A stretch of DNA of 64,000 bases from positions 1 through 64,000 of IMG/VR virus record IMGVR_UViG_3300037067_011041; one strand, given 5' to 3'. Under the pieces are notes generated by a model that did not search any database, was not told the DNA's origin, and saw nothing but the letters and a program-made list of their open reading frames with translations. Positions 7,815-17,847 of the stretch are shown here, one piece after another. Within the stretch, counting starts at the first letter, position 1, and every line of letters begins with the position of its first letter. The position numbers and the translations under genes were made by a program. The stretch is from a virus. Taxonomy: Duplodnaviria; Caudoviricetes.

Positions 7815-8309
7815 ATGAAAAAGAGAGCCATTCATGTCGCAGCGACAATTTATGTCATCGCGGCCCTACTTATCGCTCATACCTCTTTGGCTTCGTCTAA
7901 AGCGGCTACTGCGAAACGTGTTGACAACCAAGCCAACGTGGCAACATCTTCGGGACTTGTACGGGATTGTCAACGATTGGATCAGCCTCACGCGAAAGCC
8001 GGTGACTCCTACTTCGACGGAATCTTCCCCATCCCCGTCCCAAAATACAACGGATACATCGTCAGGATCTGGTCCAGCGACATGTGTTCCGCCTGCACCC
8101 AGTACGAACGAGAAGAACTACCCGCTCTACTGAAGCTGAAGTACAAAGTCGAACAAAAAGACTATCACGAGGACAGTCCTCCAGCAGAAGTGAAATCGCT
8201 ACCTACAATTCAGCTTGTCCTTAACGGAAAAGTTGTTGCCACGGAAGTCTATTGGAAGGCGAAAGACATCGACAAGTTCGTCAAGGATGTCAACAAACTA
8301 AAGAAATAA
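7815..8309 (+). CDS. exported thioredoxin-like protein (CSAC)
   Basis: Signal/TM segment, CxxC, VKSLPT cis-Pro motif. Confidence 0.75.
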   Translation: MKKRAIHVAATIYVIAALLIAHTSLASSKAATAKRVDNQANVATSSGLVRDCQRLDQPHAKAGDSYFDGIFPIPVPKYNGYIVRIWSSDMCSACTQYEREELPALLKLKYKVEQKDYHEDSPPAEVKSLPTIQLVLNGKVVATEVYWKAKDIDKFVKDVNKLKK

Positions 8310-8331
8310 CTCCAATAGGTATAACACACCC

Positions 8332-8796
8332 ATGGCAGTAAAGAAACCACTCGTCATTACCAACGGTCAAATCGAACGCTTGCAAGCGGGCGACACAATT
8401 GATCTTGGCAACACCGTCAGCAAAGACAACATGTCCGGCAGCACGATTCCGAAGTGCACTCCCGTCTATGTGTCCAGCAACAACATGATTCCGGCACAGG
8501 CCGACGCGCAAAGCACCGTGGCAGTGGCCGGGCTTGTCGACGCAGACACAACGAACAACTCGGCAGGAAACGTCGTGACAGACGGCGTGTTTGAAGCCGA
8601 CGCCGCCGACTGGGACGCCGTTACAGGTCAAACTGGCGGCTTGACAGTTGGTGCCGATTACTGGCTTTCGGCTGCGGCAGCCGGAATGTTGACGGCGACG
8701 GCCCCTGACGCAGACGGTGACTTCGTGAAGAAAGTCGGCCATGCTTTGACGGCCACGCAAATGGATGTCGAGATCGGCCAGACGGTAAAGCTATGA
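8332..8796 (+). CDS. virion minor/decoration protein (capsid-cement-like)
   Basis: T/A/G-rich beta protein; paralogous to the C-terminus of 17847..18584 (PVYVS, ADW..V.G..L..G..Y.L, G.LT.TAP..DG..V.K.G.A). Confidence 0.6.
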   Translation: MAVKKPLVITNGQIERLQAGDTIDLGNTVSKDNMSGSTIPKCTPVYVSSNNMIPAQADAQSTVAVAGLVDADTTNNSAGNVVTDGVFEADAADWDAVTGQTGGLTVGADYWLSAAAAGMLTATAPDADGDFVKKVGHALTATQMDVEIGQTVKL

Positions 8797-9125
8797 GGCA
8801 TCCTCTTGTGATGGTCGGAGGATTGATGCAATCCTCTGCCGGAACAAAGGTCACAATACCGATCTTCAATCTGGGTGCTTCAACAACCATCGGAGTATCC
8901 AGCACAACGATAACTGTCAACTCAACCGTTCATCAACTGGTTCAAGCGGGATCGAATCAGATACTGACGATACTTGGCGGAGAAGAAGGAGATCTTCTCC
9001 TCCTGACTGGAAACAACATCTGGTTGCGACCGGGCGGAAACATCAATATCACAACTGCCCGCCGCGTAGTAGTAAACAGCGTAACGTCTCTCCTGCTTAT
9101 AAACGGGCTCTGGGTGCCATGGTAG
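8793..9125 (+). CDS. hypothetical virion-associated protein
   Basis: ATGA coupling; beta-rich composition. Confidence 0.55.
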   Translation: MRHPLVMVGGLMQSSAGTKVTIPIFNLGASTTIGVSSTTITVNSTVHQLVQAGSNQILTILGGEEGDLLLLTGNNIWLRPGGNINITTARRVVVNSVTSLLLINGLWVPW

Positions 9126-9385
9126 AACTTGTTCTTACCGCGTTCATGCATGCGGCGGCCGTCGGAGTTCTTGCGTGCTTGATTAGTGAGAGCGAAATCA
9201 TGGCACCCCTCCGGACACTGCTTGGCTGGCGAGTTCTTCTTTGTCCTATCTGTCTTGCGTTTTGGATTGCTTTGCCATCGTTACTGTGTGGGGTGTTCTA
9301 CTACTTCCTTGTGGTGGCCGCCTCGAACGTGTGGATGCTTGTCATCCTAAAAGTCTACGAGTCCCTTGAATCAACTGGAGAGTAA
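9119..9385 (+). CDS. membrane protein, DUF1360-like (CPxCxxxW)
   Basis: LLCPICLAFW flanked by TM segments. Confidence 0.55.
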   Translation: MVELVLTAFMHAAAVGVLACLISESEIMAPLRTLLGWRVLLCPICLAFWIALPSLLCGVFYYFLVVAASNVWMLVILKVYESLESTGE

Positions 9386-9386
9386 C

Positions 9387-9959
9387 ATGGCAATGCCCGT
9401 GCTGATTAGCGATGGTGAGCGACTCGCCACTATTGATCCGGTGTCGCGATCTTTGCAGTCGATCGACCATCCTCACCATGAAATTCACGAAGGGGTGAAT
9501 TACCGTGCGTCGCTTACAGCAAGCGTCGGCAGCGGAAACTCGATCACGCTGACAATTACTACCCCGGCCGCTCCCAAGCAATGCCATATGTTGCTTGAAG
9601 TTACTACCGGTAACTCGGCAAACGCAGTTGTGTATGAAGCCACTGCACTCACCGCCAACACCGGAAATGCGATCACACCCAGAAACGCCAACAGGAATTA
9701 TCCTGACAACAGCACAGCCACTGTGGTAGCAAATGCCACCGTAAATACAACCAACCGAACTCAACTTGTCAACACGTTCATTGGTCAGCCAGGAGCCAAT
9801 CCATTTCAGTCGGATCTAGGCGGACAAATCGCGTCGAGGCATGAATGGGTTTTGAAGCCCGCCACGTCCTACACTGTTCAACTTACTGAGACTGGGGCCA
9901 CAACTCAGTTGATGCACATCGGAATGGACTGGTACGAACATTCACCTGGGGAGGCGTAA
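9387..9959 (+). CDS. hypothetical virion-associated protein with a sequon cluster
   Basis: GGAG RBS; HHEIHEG; DNSTATVVANATVNTTNRT. Confidence 0.7.
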   Translation: MAMPVLISDGERLATIDPVSRSLQSIDHPHHEIHEGVNYRASLTASVGSGNSITLTITTPAAPKQCHMLLEVTTGNSANAVVYEATALTANTGNAITPRNANRNYPDNSTATVVANATVNTTNRTQLVNTFIGQPGANPFQSDLGGQIASRHEWVLKPATSYTVQLTETGATTQLMHIGMDWYEHSPGEA

Positions 9960-10113
9960 GCGTGCCACTGAAATCCTGCAAGACGGCCTCTGGTAAGGCC
10001 GGGACAAAATATGGCGATAGCGGAAAGTGCTATGCCAATTCACAAGGTGGCAAAAAGAAAGCCATCAAACAAGCTCTCGCAATCGCCCACAGTCAGGGCA
10101 GAAAGCCACACCT

Positions 10114-10431
10114 ATGACAAATGCCAAACTGGCACGTAAAGTCGCTGCTCAAGCCCGTCGAGCCCATCGTCGCGGCGAGATGACCGACGAACAATACAAG
10201 TCCGCGATGGACGTCGCCAACAGCGACAAGGCACTCACTGAACTGAATGCCAAGATCGAGGAAGCACAACTTGATCCTTACAAGTATCCCAATCGACTGA
10301 TTGGACTGGACTGGAAGGAAAGGCTCAAGAACCTGTGGGATTGGTTCGTCGAGAACTGGCCCAAAATTCTTCAGTTCATTTTGACGATCGCCCCGTTGTT
10401 CTTGATGGAGACCGAGAATGAAGATTCCTAA
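10114..10431 (+). CDS. hypothetical protein
   Basis: ATG at 10114 in ORF 10027..10431. Confidence 0.6.
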   Translation: MTNAKLARKVAAQARRAHRRGEMTDEQYKSAMDVANSDKALTELNAKIEEAQLDPYKYPNRLIGLDWKERLKNLWDWFVENWPKILQFILTIAPLFLMETENEDS

Positions 10432-10843
10432 TCCGTGGCCGTGGCATCAACACACCCGCTGCAACGTCAACAACGGCGAGTGCATTTGCGTGCTCCCCAG
10501 TGGACAGGAGTTGGAAGTCCCTGACAACGCCGTCGAAGTTGTGATCGAACCTGTGGAAAAGGGCCGAAGCGACGCAAAGGTGATTGCACAGGGGCGGATC
10601 TGGTCCAAGACATGGGGTCTGCTTGACTTGGAAGACCATCTGAAAAAGATGGAGATGCAGAAGGAAGAAGCCGACTTGCGAAAGCGGCAGGAAAAAGAAC
10701 GGAAGCGAAGAGAAAAGGAAGCAAGGGAAAGGACAGGGCCAAAGTTGGACCTGCTTGTTCACGATGGTAAGCTGGAATCCGAGCCAACGTTGGACCTGCT
10801 TGTTCACGATGGTAAGCTGGAATCCGAACCAACGTTGGACTGA
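10418..10843 (+). CDS. hypothetical protein with a C-terminal 15-aa duplication
   Basis: LDLLVHDGKLESEPT x2, encoded by a 45-bp tandem repeat at 10745-10840. Confidence 0.65.
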   Translation: MKIPNPWPWHQHTRCNVNNGECICVLPSGQELEVPDNAVEVVIEPVEKGRSDAKVIAQGRIWSKTWGLLDLEDHLKKMEMQKEEADLRKRQEKERKRREKEARERTGPKLDLLVHDGKLESEPTLDLLVHDGKLESEPTLD

Positions 10844-10857
10844 ACCACGAGAGACGC

Positions 10858-12519
10858 ATGGGACTGCTTACTGATTTTGGCGATGTGCTCCACCAGGGAC
10901 TGGTATCGCGCACCCTGAATACATGCAGTCGTTGGGTTCAACATCGCCGCATAATGGGCGAGCCCTTTCCCGGACCGTATAGCTTCAAGTACCACCCATG
11001 GTGCAAAGAAGTACATGACTCGTCCGCGTCTTTCAACACGATAATGAAGGCAGCCCAAATGGGGCTGACAGAAGTCGCCATCAATGTGGCATTCTTTACG
11101 GTAGACATCAAGAAACGAGATGTTTTGTATGTTCTGCCCACACAGTTGAATGCGAGCGACTTTAGCAAATCACGTTTCAATACTGCGTTGCTGCACAGTG
11201 ACTACCTCAAAGAGTTATTCACTGACACCAATACGGTGGGACTGAAACAGGCTGGCGGAGTCAACCTGTATATTCGCGGATCACGCGGCGACTCGAACCT
11301 GAAGTCAATTCCAGTTTCAGTTCTGGTACTTGACGAAGCAGACGAAATGGATCAGCGAGCTATTTGGCTTGCTCTTGAACGTCTGTCAGGTCAGTTGCAC
11401 AAGTTTGTGTTCTCGCTGAGCACACCAACTATTCCGCAATTCGGAATTCACAAACTGTACCTGCAAGGAACGCAGGAACACTTTTACTTCAAGTGTCCTC
11501 GATGTGGCCGTTCGACAGAGTTGATTTTTCCAGACTGCCTGGAGGTATGCGGAGAGTCAATCACTGACCCGGATGTCCGACGATCATTCTTGAAGTGCAA
11601 GGAATGCAAGCAAGAGATAAAGCACGAAGAGAAGCCTACGTTCCTGGCAAATGCGTTCTGGGAACCAACTGTGCATGTCGATGAAGACCACAGAAGCTTC
11701 TACGTCAACCAGATGTACTCCTACACTGTCACGCCCGCTGATTTGGCGTTGGCATATTTTCGGGGAGTCGGCGATGAAGCCGCCATGGTTGAATTTTTCA
11801 ACTCGAAGCAGGGCCTTCCTTATATTCCGGACGGAGGGCAAGTAACTGATGGAGAGCTTGAACACGCCATAAGGAACTATTTCAAAGAGAAACAGCGCCC
11901 GAATATCGGCACCGACCGGCTTATCGTTATGGGCGTCGACCAGGGCAAAATGAACAACGTGGTTGTTCTTGAGTTTCTGCTGGCTGGAAATGGAATTGAT
12001 TTGAACGCATCAGCCCACGCAAAGTTGCTGTGGGAAGGAAAATTGCCCGGAGACGACTTCAAAACTTTGGACCCGCTTATGCGGGAGTGGCAAGTTCGAG
12101 CGTGTGTCATTGACGCTGACCCACAAATCAATGATGCTCGTAGATTTGCCCGTAGATTTCCCGGTTACGTGTATCTTTGTCGGTACAGAAGAGGTGTCAC
12201 AGGCAAGGAAATACAATTGTCTGAGGAAGATGGCAGTGCACCTATCGTAACAGTTGATAGGACGAACTGGCTTGATGCCTCAATGGGTCGGTTTCATTCA
12301 GACCGCATCCACCTGCCAGCCGACACGTCACTGGAATTCAAAGATCACATCAAAGCGTTGGTAAGGACGTACGAAAAAGACGACCAAGGAAATTCAAAAG
12401 CTGTCTATCTGAGCACAGGGCCAGACCACTTTGCACACGCTTTGAATTACGCTGAAATCGCTCTACCTCTGGCCGCTGGTATCGTATCTGGCGGGGATGT
12501 AACGGACAAGGTAATCTAA
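10858..12519 (+). CDS. terL: terminase large subunit (lambda gpA-like)
   Basis: KAAQMGLTE Walker A-like, VLVLDEADEM Walker B, STPT, CPRC..CKEC, MGVDQG nuclease motif, DH.AHA. Confidence 0.92.
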   Translation: MGLLTDFGDVLHQGLVSRTLNTCSRWVQHRRIMGEPFPGPYSFKYHPWCKEVHDSSASFNTIMKAAQMGLTEVAINVAFFTVDIKKRDVLYVLPTQLNASDFSKSRFNTALLHSDYLKELFTDTNTVGLKQAGGVNLYIRGSRGDSNLKSIPVSVLVLDEADEMDQRAIWLALERLSGQLHKFVFSLSTPTIPQFGIHKLYLQGTQEHFYFKCPRCGRSTELIFPDCLEVCGESITDPDVRRSFLKCKECKQEIKHEEKPTFLANAFWEPTVHVDEDHRSFYVNQMYSYTVTPADLALAYFRGVGDEAAMVEFFNSKQGLPYIPDGGQVTDGELEHAIRNYFKEKQRPNIGTDRLIVMGVDQGKMNNVVVLEFLLAGNGIDLNASAHAKLLWEGKLPGDDFKTLDPLMREWQVRACVIDADPQINDARRFARRFPGYVYLCRYRRGVTGKEIQLSEEDGSAPIVTVDRTNWLDASMGRFHSDRIHLPADTSLEFKDHIKALVRTYEKDDQGNSKAVYLSTGPDHFAHALNYAEIALPLAAGIVSGGDVTDKVI

Positions 12520-12520
12520 T

Positions 12521-14383
12521 ATGGCTCGCGACGCTAAGTTCCTTACGGCTATTCGACACCCAGACTATCTCGAAGACGAGATGTACTGGTTCGATTGGCG
12601 TGACACCTATAATGGCGGTCCGAACTTCGTTCGACGGAACTTGAGGAAATTCAGCAACCGAGAAAGCAACGCTGATTTCAACACTCGTAAGTTCTACACT
12701 CCCATTCCGGCCCATGCCAAGGCAGCCGTGAATGATATTCGCAATTCAATTTTCCAGCGGCTTCGTGACGTTACTCGTCGAGGCGGCAGCGAGAATTACA
12801 TGCGTGCCGCAGCCGGTGAAATCGGCGGAGTGGATAACAAAGGTGCATCGATGCAATCGTTCCTTGGCATCGAGGTGCTCACCGAATTGCTTGTGATGGG
12901 CCGTTCCGGTGTCTATATCGACATGCCTGAGTTGGCTGGTCTGAGGACTATGGCCGATGAAGGGAATGCGCGCCCGTACTGCTACAAGTATGCTGTTGAA
13001 GACATTCTCTCGTGGGCCGTCGCCAAGCCGGAAGAGCCGGGCAATTTCACTGCTGTGTTGCTTCGAGATCGCGGCGTAGACTACAACCAGGGATTTGCCA
13101 ACGGCGCCTACCTTCCGAGCGGCGGCTTCAATCGATATCGGTTCATTTGGATCGACCCGTTTGACCGGACAGTAAAGATGCGGATGTTTGATGAGAATGA
13201 CAACCTCATCAATCTTCGCGGCGGCATCATCATGGATCGCGAAACGTTCAATGGAAATGTTGAATCTGATGCAGGCGTAATCCGACTCGAACTTGAGAGA
13301 ATTCCATTCACGATGCTTTCTATCGGTGGAAGTATTCTCAAGGACGTGTACAAGCATCAGGTCGCGTTGCTGAATTTGGTGTCGGCCGACGTGTCGTATG
13401 CTATCAAAGCAAACTTTCCAATTTACATCGAACAGCGTGATGTCAGGGCGGTGGGCAGCCACTTGAAGATCGGGTCCGTCGATGACGACGGCACCTCCAA
13501 TACATCAGACAATAGCGAAGTCGGCACAGAACAGCGTATGGGCATTTCCCATGGCCGGTTCTACGACCTTAAAGCCAACCCTCCAGGGTTCATCAATCCC
13601 AGTTCTGAACCGCTGGAAGCGTCCATGAAACTTCGTGAAGCCCTTGAGGATGAGATTCGTAAACTGGTGAATCTTGAAGTCCAGAACAAAACTGGACAGA
13701 GGGCTATCTCGGCCGAAGCCATGAAGCTGTCGGACCAGGGACTGGAAGCTGGTCTGTCCTACATCGGCCTTGTGTTGGAAAGCGCAGAGCGAGAGATCGC
13801 TGCCCACTGGGCCGCATACGAGAACAAAGATCCAGAGCAACGAAAAGTTGCCACAATCAAATACCCGGATCGGTACAGTCTGAAGAACGACGAAGACCGG
13901 ATCAAAGAAGCCAGCGAACTCGCGAAGCTGATGTTCACTGTGCCGGGTAAGGAAGTCAAGAAGGAAATCGCGAAAGCGATCGTCGCTTCTCTTCTGGCTG
14001 GAAAAGTCAACAACGCCACTCTTGATAAAATCTACAGGCAAATTGACGACGCCGGGTACGCAACGTCTGACCCAGAGACAATTCGTTCGGCGGTAGAGTC
14101 CGGCTTGTGTGGCGAAAAGACTGCTTCCATTGCCATGGGCTTCGATGATAACGAATACTTGCAGGCCAGGAAAGATCACATTGCGAGAGCGGAGGCAGTA
14201 GCAAAAGCGCAAGCTGCCGCCAAACCAGCCCCGAACATGGCCGCCAGAGGAGTTCCGGATCTTGATGATGACCCTGACTCTGGTGAAGATGAGCGTGAAG
14301 AAGCAAATGACACCACTTTGAGTGATGACAAGAACGAACCCGTGCGAGGCAAAGGTAAAAACCTCGATAAAGGAGACAGATAA
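12521..14383 (+). CDS. portal protein
   Basis: Follows terL; RHPDY...W...Y.GG...Y.R.ES pattern; 620 aa with acidic tail. Confidence 0.85.
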   Translation: MARDAKFLTAIRHPDYLEDEMYWFDWRDTYNGGPNFVRRNLRKFSNRESNADFNTRKFYTPIPAHAKAAVNDIRNSIFQRLRDVTRRGGSENYMRAAAGEIGGVDNKGASMQSFLGIEVLTELLVMGRSGVYIDMPELAGLRTMADEGNARPYCYKYAVEDILSWAVAKPEEPGNFTAVLLRDRGVDYNQGFANGAYLPSGGFNRYRFIWIDPFDRTVKMRMFDENDNLINLRGGIIMDRETFNGNVESDAGVIRLELERIPFTMLSIGGSILKDVYKHQVALLNLVSADVSYAIKANFPIYIEQRDVRAVGSHLKIGSVDDDGTSNTSDNSEVGTEQRMGISHGRFYDLKANPPGFINPSSEPLEASMKLREALEDEIRKLVNLEVQNKTGQRAISAEAMKLSDQGLEAGLSYIGLVLESAEREIAAHWAAYENKDPEQRKVATIKYPDRYSLKNDEDRIKEASELAKLMFTVPGKEVKKEIAKAIVASLLAGKVNNATLDKIYRQIDDAGYATSDPETIRSAVESGLCGEKTASIAMGFDDNEYLQARKDHIARAEAVAKAQAAAKPAPNMAARGVPDLDDDPDSGEDEREEANDTTLSDDKNEPVRGKGKNLDKGDR

Positions 14384-14562
14384 TGGTCGCAACCACGAAT
14401 GGCAAGGGCCCGGTCAATCAAAAAGGTGGCGCAAAGCCAGATGGCCAGCCAGTGAATCTTCCCGTGAAGAAGATTGAATCGCCCTACTCGAAAGCGAAGA
14501 AAGAAGGCGGGACGGCCGCCATCAACGGCTGCTGCTACCCAATTCCTCCGATGCCCCTATAA
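14383..14562 (+). CDS. small hypothetical protein (MVATTNGKGP...)
   Basis: TAATG coupling with the portal stop and AGGAG RBS; hand-translated. Confidence 0.55.
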   Translation: MVATTNGKGPVNQKGGAKPDGQPVNLPVKKIESPYSKAKKEGGTAAINGCCYPIPPMPL

Positions 14563-14570
14563 GGTGACCC

Positions 14571-15116
14571 ATGGCTTACTACGGAACTCTTGCTGGCGCT
14601 AACTCGTACTTTGCCAATCGACTCCATTCGGATTCGTGGGCTAATTCTGCGCCAGCAGATCGTCCGAAAGCCTTGCTCGAAGCTACCAGACTGATTGACT
14701 CATTGAGCTATCGTGGTGTGAAACACGCCGTCTGGTCTATCATGTACGAGTACGACACAGACACTGAGATCGAAGAAAAGATCCTCGACACTCCTCCAAG
14801 TCGGGACGAGGTGATCGCCGCCGACGCGACGCAGGAACTGGAATTCCCGCGTGGAAAGGATACTGTTCCGCCACAAGAAATCGAGTGGGCTTGCTATGAA
14901 ATTGCATTCGCACTCATTGAAGGCTTTGACCCAGAAGACGCAATCGATCGACTTCGCGTCACACAACAAACTTATGCTGCCGTTCGGACCACCTACGCCA
15001 ACGACATCGCCGCAATGGAATACCTTGTTTATGGAATTCCTACCGCCCGAGTATGGAGATGGCTATTGCCATATCTGAAACTCGACGGTCTCATCAAAAT
15101 CAGTAGGGCTGACTAA
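14571..15116 (+). CDS. head-tail adaptor/completion protein (DnaT-like ssDNA-binding family)
   Basis: YYGTL..ANSYF..R...W...KAL..ATRLID....G.K...Q.LEFPR pattern. Confidence 0.65.
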   Translation: MAYYGTLAGANSYFANRLHSDSWANSAPADRPKALLEATRLIDSLSYRGVKHAVWSIMYEYDTDTEIEEKILDTPPSRDEVIAADATQELEFPRGKDTVPPQEIEWACYEIAFALIEGFDPEDAIDRLRVTQQTYAAVRTTYANDIAAMEYLVYGIPTARVWRWLLPYLKLDGLIKISRAD

Positions 15117-15131
15117 CTTAAAGGTTAGGAA

Positions 15132-15920
15132 ATGAGAACCAGTTTCAATCCCGTCTCCATTTTGTGCTACGACAACGAAGACACCAACGGAACTCCCCCG
15201 GCGACGCCCCCGGCGACGCCCCCGAAGAACCCGCCCGGCGGAAACGGGAACGAAAGAATGTTCACTCAGGAGGATGTGAACAAGTTCATGGCGGAGGAAA
15301 AGAGGAAGGAACGTGAAAAATACTCTGCTCTCGAAACCAGCTATCAGGAACTGTTGCAGAGCAACAACCTAACCAAGGAACAACGCGACAATCTTCAGTC
15401 CCGGCTTGAAGACGTTCAGAAGTCGCAACGCACGAAAGAGCAGCAAGCCGAATTCGAGCGAAAGCAATCCGAGGAGAAGTACAAAACGGAATTGGAATCC
15501 GAGAAAGCCCGCGCCAATCACTGGGAAAATCTCTTCAAGCGTGAGACAGTGGTGCGGTCGCTACAGGATGCGGCTGGAACGGCCGACGCTTTCAATCCGA
15601 ACCAGATCGTCGGGCTCCTGAAGCCCATGACCGAGTTGAAGGACATTGAAGGCACCTTGACTCCGATGGTCGATTTCCCGGATATCGACGAGAAGACCGG
15701 CGAAGAGATCAAGACTCTGTGCTCGCCAGCCGACGCCGTCAAGAGAATGCGTCAATTGCCCAAGATTTGGGGCAACCTTTTCAAGAGTAACGTGGTTAGC
15801 GGCGTCGGGGCCGGTCAGGGAACCATCCATGACCCGTCCGATATCGACTATTCCACAATGGATGCTGAGACGTATCGCAAGAATCGTGCCGCGATCAAAG
15901 CACGCGTCTCAGGTCGATAA
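15132..15920 (+). CDS. capsid scaffolding protein
   Basis: FTQEDVNK coiled coil; LFKS...G.G; immediately before the capsid gene. Confidence 0.8.
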   Translation: MRTSFNPVSILCYDNEDTNGTPPATPPATPPKNPPGGNGNERMFTQEDVNKFMAEEKRKEREKYSALETSYQELLQSNNLTKEQRDNLQSRLEDVQKSQRTKEQQAEFERKQSEEKYKTELESEKARANHWENLFKRETVVRSLQDAAGTADAFNPNQIVGLLKPMTELKDIEGTLTPMVDFPDIDEKTGEEIKTLCSPADAVKRMRQLPKIWGNLFKSNVVSGVGAGQGTIHDPSDIDYSTMDAETYRKNRAAIKARVSGR

Positions 15921-16075
15921 GCGAATTAGCTGCCCAGCTTGATTGTCCGCGCCTTCAAGCCAACGGGCCTACCGGTAAGACCGGGTTTCTTTGCCGTGAC
16001 GTATACCAGGGACACACGGTGCGATCATACCTGGGAGTCAGTTTTGTAAACTAACTCGAACACAGGAGTTCAGAA

Positions 16076-17464
16076 ATGAACCAATACTTCCTCTGCTTTG
16101 CGAATGACAACGACGCCCTTATCCCCGAACTGTGGGCCCAGGAGTCCCTCGCGATCCTCGAAGAGAACATGGTGATGGCCAATCTGGTGCACCGTGACTT
16201 TTCGCCCCTCGTTGCCAGCTATGGCGATGTGGTCAACACCCGTCGTCCGAGCGAGTTCTCGACCAAGCGTAAGGCCCAGTCGGATACCGTCGTGAATCAG
16301 GACGCCGTCAGCACGAACGTTCAGGTTCCCCTGAACCAGCACGTCTACGTGTCCTTCACGATCAAGGACGAAGAGGCCAGCCTCTCGTTCAAGGAACTGA
16401 TCTCGTACTACATGGAGCCCGCTGCCATGCAGATGGCCCGGTCCGTGGACCGCATTTTGGTCGGCCAAGTGTGGCGGTTCTTCGCCAACGCCGCTGGCAA
16501 GCTGGGTGGCATGTCCTCGTCTACGGCCAAGGATGACATCCTTGAGACTCGCGAGATCATGAACATCAACAAGGCTTACCCGAACGGCCGAAATCTCGTG
16601 ATTAGCCCCCAGGCCGAGACCGAGATGTTGAAGACCGAATTGTTCATCGCCGCGAATCAGCGTGGTGACGGCGGCACGGCGTTGGAGAACGCCCGCCTCG
16701 GTCGCGTCCTCGGATTCGACACCTACATGGACCAGAACGTGAACTACCGCGATCTTCTGAACGCGGACACGGCTACCCTGAACCATGCCACCGGTGCCGC
16801 AGCCGGAGCCACGGGAAATATTGCCATTACGTCGGCCACCGAGGTCACCAATGGCTCGTTTGTGTGGTTCACTGGCGATCAGCAGCCGCAAGTGGTTTCG
16901 GCTCATACCGGCTCTGGCTCGACGACTGGCATCACGCTTGTCGACGCATACAAGTACGCTGTTTCGGCCAACGCTGTCGGGTACGCTTTCTTGCCCGCCA
17001 CGATCGGCGCCAGCTACGCAGTTGGCTACGACAAGGGCATCACGCTGAACACCATCACGGCAAACAAGCTGCCCATCGTTGGACAGTTGCTGGCGACTGG
17101 CACCGGTGCCACCCGCAAGACGTACACGATCATCGAAGTTGACGCTGTCAGCACGACGAGCGTGATCGTTTGGCTCGATCGGCCGCTTGAGGCTGCTGTC
17201 ACTGCTGCCGACTTGGCGTTCCCCGGACCGCACGGCTCGATGTGCCTCGCGTTCCATCGTGACGCTCTGGCGTTGGTCAGCCGTCCTCTTGCCGTTCCGG
17301 CAAACGCGCTGGGTGTGCAGGCCGCTGTTGGCATGTACAACGATCTCGCCATGCGAGTCGCGATGCAGTACGACATCTCCAGCCAGGGCACGATTGTGAC
17401 CCTCGACATGCTGTGCGGAGTCGCTCTGCTCGACGTCAACCTCGGTGCTGTTCTCTACGCCTAA
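16076..17464 (+). CDS. major capsid protein (P22 coat-like) with a T/A-rich insertion domain
   Basis: AGGAG RBS; strong C-ending codon bias; PELWA.E.L..LEEN...GDVVN...LAFHRDA..L.SRPL...LDMLCG pattern. Confidence 0.9.
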   Translation: MNQYFLCFANDNDALIPELWAQESLAILEENMVMANLVHRDFSPLVASYGDVVNTRRPSEFSTKRKAQSDTVVNQDAVSTNVQVPLNQHVYVSFTIKDEEASLSFKELISYYMEPAAMQMARSVDRILVGQVWRFFANAAGKLGGMSSSTAKDDILETREIMNINKAYPNGRNLVISPQAETEMLKTELFIAANQRGDGGTALENARLGRVLGFDTYMDQNVNYRDLLNADTATLNHATGAAAGATGNIAITSATEVTNGSFVWFTGDQQPQVVSAHTGSGSTTGITLVDAYKYAVSANAVGYAFLPATIGASYAVGYDKGITLNTITANKLPIVGQLLATGTGATRKTYTIIEVDAVSTTSVIVWLDRPLEAAVTAADLAFPGPHGSMCLAFHRDALALVSRPLAVPANALGVQAAVGMYNDLAMRVAMQYDISSQGTIVTLDMLCGVALLDVNLGAVLYA

Positions 17465-17499
17465 AGCACCTCCGGCTTCGGCCGGATTCTTGATAGCGG

Positions 17500-17539
17500 T
17501 CCCGGCGGGCTTTCCCGCCCGCCGGGGCTTTTCTTTCTT
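17500..17539 (+). terminator. rho-independent terminator after the capsid gene
   Basis: CCCGGCGGG...CCCGCCGGG stem plus TTTTCTTTC; preceded by a UUCG hairpin at 17470-17487. Confidence 0.8.
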
Positions 17540-17553
17540 CGGAGACAATTCAC

Positions 17554-17847
17554 ATGGCCCCATTTGCTGACCGCTTTTATGCCGATGCAGCCGTAGAACC
17601 GGCTGGCTACAGGCAAATCACCGACCTGTCGACTGCGAAAGGCGTGCAGATCGGAGTTGGTCGTGTGGCCCTTATTCAAGTGCTCAATCAAAACGTTCGA
17701 TATCGCGACGACGGTGTTGATCCCGATGCCTCAACGGGAGTCAGAATCCACGCTGGAGAATCAATTTGGTATACCGGCGACTTGCGATCAATTCGGTTTA
17801 TTGAGGAAGCAGTCGGGGCAGAAGTCAACCTCTTGGCGTACAAATAA
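17554..17847 (+). CDS. hypothetical virion protein
   Basis: GGAG RBS; QNVRYRDDG.DP....G pattern. Confidence 0.7.
   Translation: MAPFADRFYADAAVEPAGYRQITDLSTAKGVQIGVGRVALIQVLNQNVRYRDDGVDPDASTGVRIHAGESIWYTGDLRSIRFIEEAVGAEVNLLAYK

Noticed and set aside
16070-17563. 497-aa minus-strand ORF and similar long antisense ORFs (13505, 35457, 43532, 57999)
   Set aside because: Shadows of strongly codon-biased plus-strand genes
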